NCBI RefSeq assembly: GCF_009914755.1
Contig: NC_060935.1
Length of the DNA: 64,000 nt
Source: the human T2T-CHM13v2.0 reference genome, Homo sapiens
Direction: 5' to 3' (one strand)
The stretch's first letter is position 1. Each line of letters opens with the position of its first letter. The position numbers and the translations under genes are program-made. Below the pieces are notes generated by a model, which was given only the letters and a program-made list of their open reading frames with translations, was not told the DNA's origin and did not search any database. Shown one piece after another: positions 61,934 through 64,000 of the stretch.

Positions 61934-62059
61934 ATTGATTAGTATTTATTTTGAGAGTTAAAAGTGTATATTATTTCCCTGCTATGTTTGAGTCCTGTCT
62001 TCATTGTTTTGAATTTCATATTGAAGCTGGGTTAACCACGAAAACCTTGTTCTTAAAGA

Positions 62060-62600
62060 GTCAGCCAGCATTTATCTAGCACACTTGCTCTCACACGCTC
62101 ACACACACTCTCTCTGCACATGTGTGTAAGGGACTGGGCTAAACAAGGTTAAGAGATGAGTAAACCTTGACCTCTGCCACGTTCTCTAGTGGGGCTCACA
62201 GGTATGTTAGCTATTAATGATAATTCCGTGTGCTAAATTCTGTGATGGAGAGATGTATAGCCATTCTACGGAATGCAGACAAAGCTATTAATTGTCACTC
62301 AAGGGTCAGGAAAGATCCATGGAAGTAATGCAGATTAAAGATATGTAAGATTTCACATTGTGGAACAGCATGGGCACAGGCCCAGAGGCAAGGCCTTGGG
62401 TGTGAGCTTGGAAAACAGCAGGGAGTGTGCTGTGCTTGGGGCCTGAATGGGTGTGAAGAAGGGCAAAAGGGGAAACTGAGTTATAGGCCAATTGGAAAAA
62501 CTTAAGGTGCCAAATAAAGAGATTTGGATGAATCCGGTAGGCAACTGGTAGGTACCCTTTCCAGACTTGAAGCAAAAGAGTAACTTGGTTAGATCTGACT
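62060..62600 (-). mobile_element. L2 remnant downstream of the gene
   Basis: catttatctagcac..., aacagcatgggcacaggcccagagg, gatttggatgaatccggtaggcaactgg. Confidence 0.6.
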
Positions 62601-62740
62601 TACGACTTGCAGCTAGTTTCAGGCTGGACTCCAGTGATACTTGCTTGAGTCTATTTAATCATCTTTCCTTTCTGTTTGGGAAAGAAAAATCTGTATCTGA
62701 AAAAGAGATGCATCCCTCTGTCCCTAGTATTTTCAGGGAA

Positions 62741-63400
62741 CGATATGGTTTGGATGTTTGTCTCCTCCAAATCTCATGTTGAAATGTGATTCCCCATGTT
62801 GGAGGTGGGACCTGGTGGGATGTGATTGGATCATGGAGGCAGACCCTCATGAATGGCTTAGCACCATCCGTTTGATGATAAGTGAGTTCTCAGTTCACCC
62901 AGGATCTTGTTGCTTAAGAGAGTCTGGGATCTCCCTCGAGACCATCCTGGCTAACACAGTGAAACCCCATCTATACTAAAATACAAAAAATTAGCCAGGC
63001 ATGGTGGCAGGTGCCTGTAGTCCCAGCTATTCAGGAGGCTGAGGCAAAAGAATCGCTTGAACTGCGGAGGTGGAAGTTGCAGTGAGCCGAGATCGCGCCA
63101 CTGCATTCCAGCCAGGGCAACAGAGTGAGACTCCATCTCAAAAAAAAAAAAAAAAAAAAAAAAAGGAAGAGTCTGGGATCTCCCTTTTGTCTCTTGCTAT
63201 CGCTCTTGCCATGTGACATGCTGGCACCCCATCGACTTCTGCCATGATTGTAAGCTTTCTGAAGCCTGCCCAGAAGCTGAGCAAATGTTGGCACCATGCT
63301 TATATAGCCTGCAGAATCGTGAGCCAATTAAACATCTTTCCTGTATAAATCACCCAGCCTCTGGTATTCCTTTATCGCAACACAAAAATGGACTAATACA
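62741..63400 (+). mobile_element. MSTB-like MaLR solo LTR split by an Alu
   Basis: gatatggtttggatgtttgtctcctccaaatctcatgttgaaat ... ggactaataca; near TSD ggaac/ggtac. Confidence 0.88.
62936..63164 (+). mobile_element. 5'-truncated AluSc/Y-like
   Basis: Starts tcgagaccatcctggctaacac; 18-bp TSD agagtctgggatctccct (62919-62936, 63168-63185). Confidence 0.9.
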
Positions 63401-64000
63401 GGTACATATTGAATAAATCTGGGTTTTTACTGTGTAGTACAGAGTGCAGCCAGCATCTCTTCTTTAGAAGCTAGATTCTGAATGCTCTGTGGCACCTGTT
63501 CACTTCTCTGCAACTCTGCTGCTTTGAAGCTATGACCCTGGAAGTCACTGAGCTTTTGAGAACCTCCATTTCATCTGTAAAGAAGTAGAAAGGACTCTGC
63601 CCTTCCCAATTACGTTTGCAGGGGACCCACCACATCATAGGTGCTCCATCAATGTTGGTTACCTTGGGTCCCAGAGGAAGCCACTTTGCCAGGATAGAAG
63701 GGATGCCTAGGACTCAGCAGGTTTCCTGTTCTAGCACTTGGAGCACAGCCACTTAACCTCTCTGGATTTGGCTCCTAATCTGTGAAGTAGGGATAATACC
63801 CCACCCCTGAGGACTGATAGAATGTTAGAAGAGATAAACATCTTCGTGAAAGCACTGAATGATCTTTACAAAGCACCATGCACATCGGGAGGAATTAGTC
63901 ACTCAACGAGGATTTCTTGCGTTCTATGTTTCAGGCTTTGGTGGGATTGTTGAAATACAGATACTCATTCTATACACATTGAGAATGTGTACTAGGGCTG

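Larger units (their letters stand above)
59130..61955 (+). other. UVRAG: UVRAG 3' UTR (long form), no recognisable Alu/L1
   Basis: Follows the stop codon; unique sequence up to the distal AATAAA cluster; repeats resume after ~62060. The 3' end is approximate. Confidence 0.85.

Overview
Human (primate) genomic DNA containing the 3' part of UVRAG (UV radiation resistance-associated gene, the Vps38-like subunit of PI3KC3 complex II) on the + strand. The window holds the distal part of a long phase-0 intron (1-33643), the 92-nt penultimate coding exon (33644-33735), a 24.7-kb phase-2 last intron, the terminal exon (CDS 58427-59129), a ~2.8-kb 3' UTR with tandem poly(A) signals, and ~2 kb of downstream flank. 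Most non-exonic sequence is interspersed repeat: about 20 Alus, two 5'-truncated antisense L1PA copies, old L1M, L2, L3 and MIR remnants, three LTRs (MER39-like, MLT1, MSTB) and hAT DNA transposons (MER1B x2, MER33). Nearly all ORF-track entries are repeat-derived or chance ORFs. I see no new multi-gene system. The best leads are hidden isoform elements. (i) A stop-free, frame-preserving 111-nt candidate cassette exon (14465-14575) would add 37 aa to UVRAG. (ii) A CpG-enriched candidate alternative first exon in the last intron (ATG 55108, donor after 55172) splices in frame to the terminal exon and gives a 255-aa tail-only protein. (iii) The same exon is flanked by inverted AluJ elements, the usual circRNA geometry. 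Several candidate poison exons and a perfect 77-bp pyrimidine mirror repeat were also found. Repeat subfamilies and old-repeat boundaries are by eye and approximate. UVRAG residue numbering is from my recollection of the 699-aa protein.
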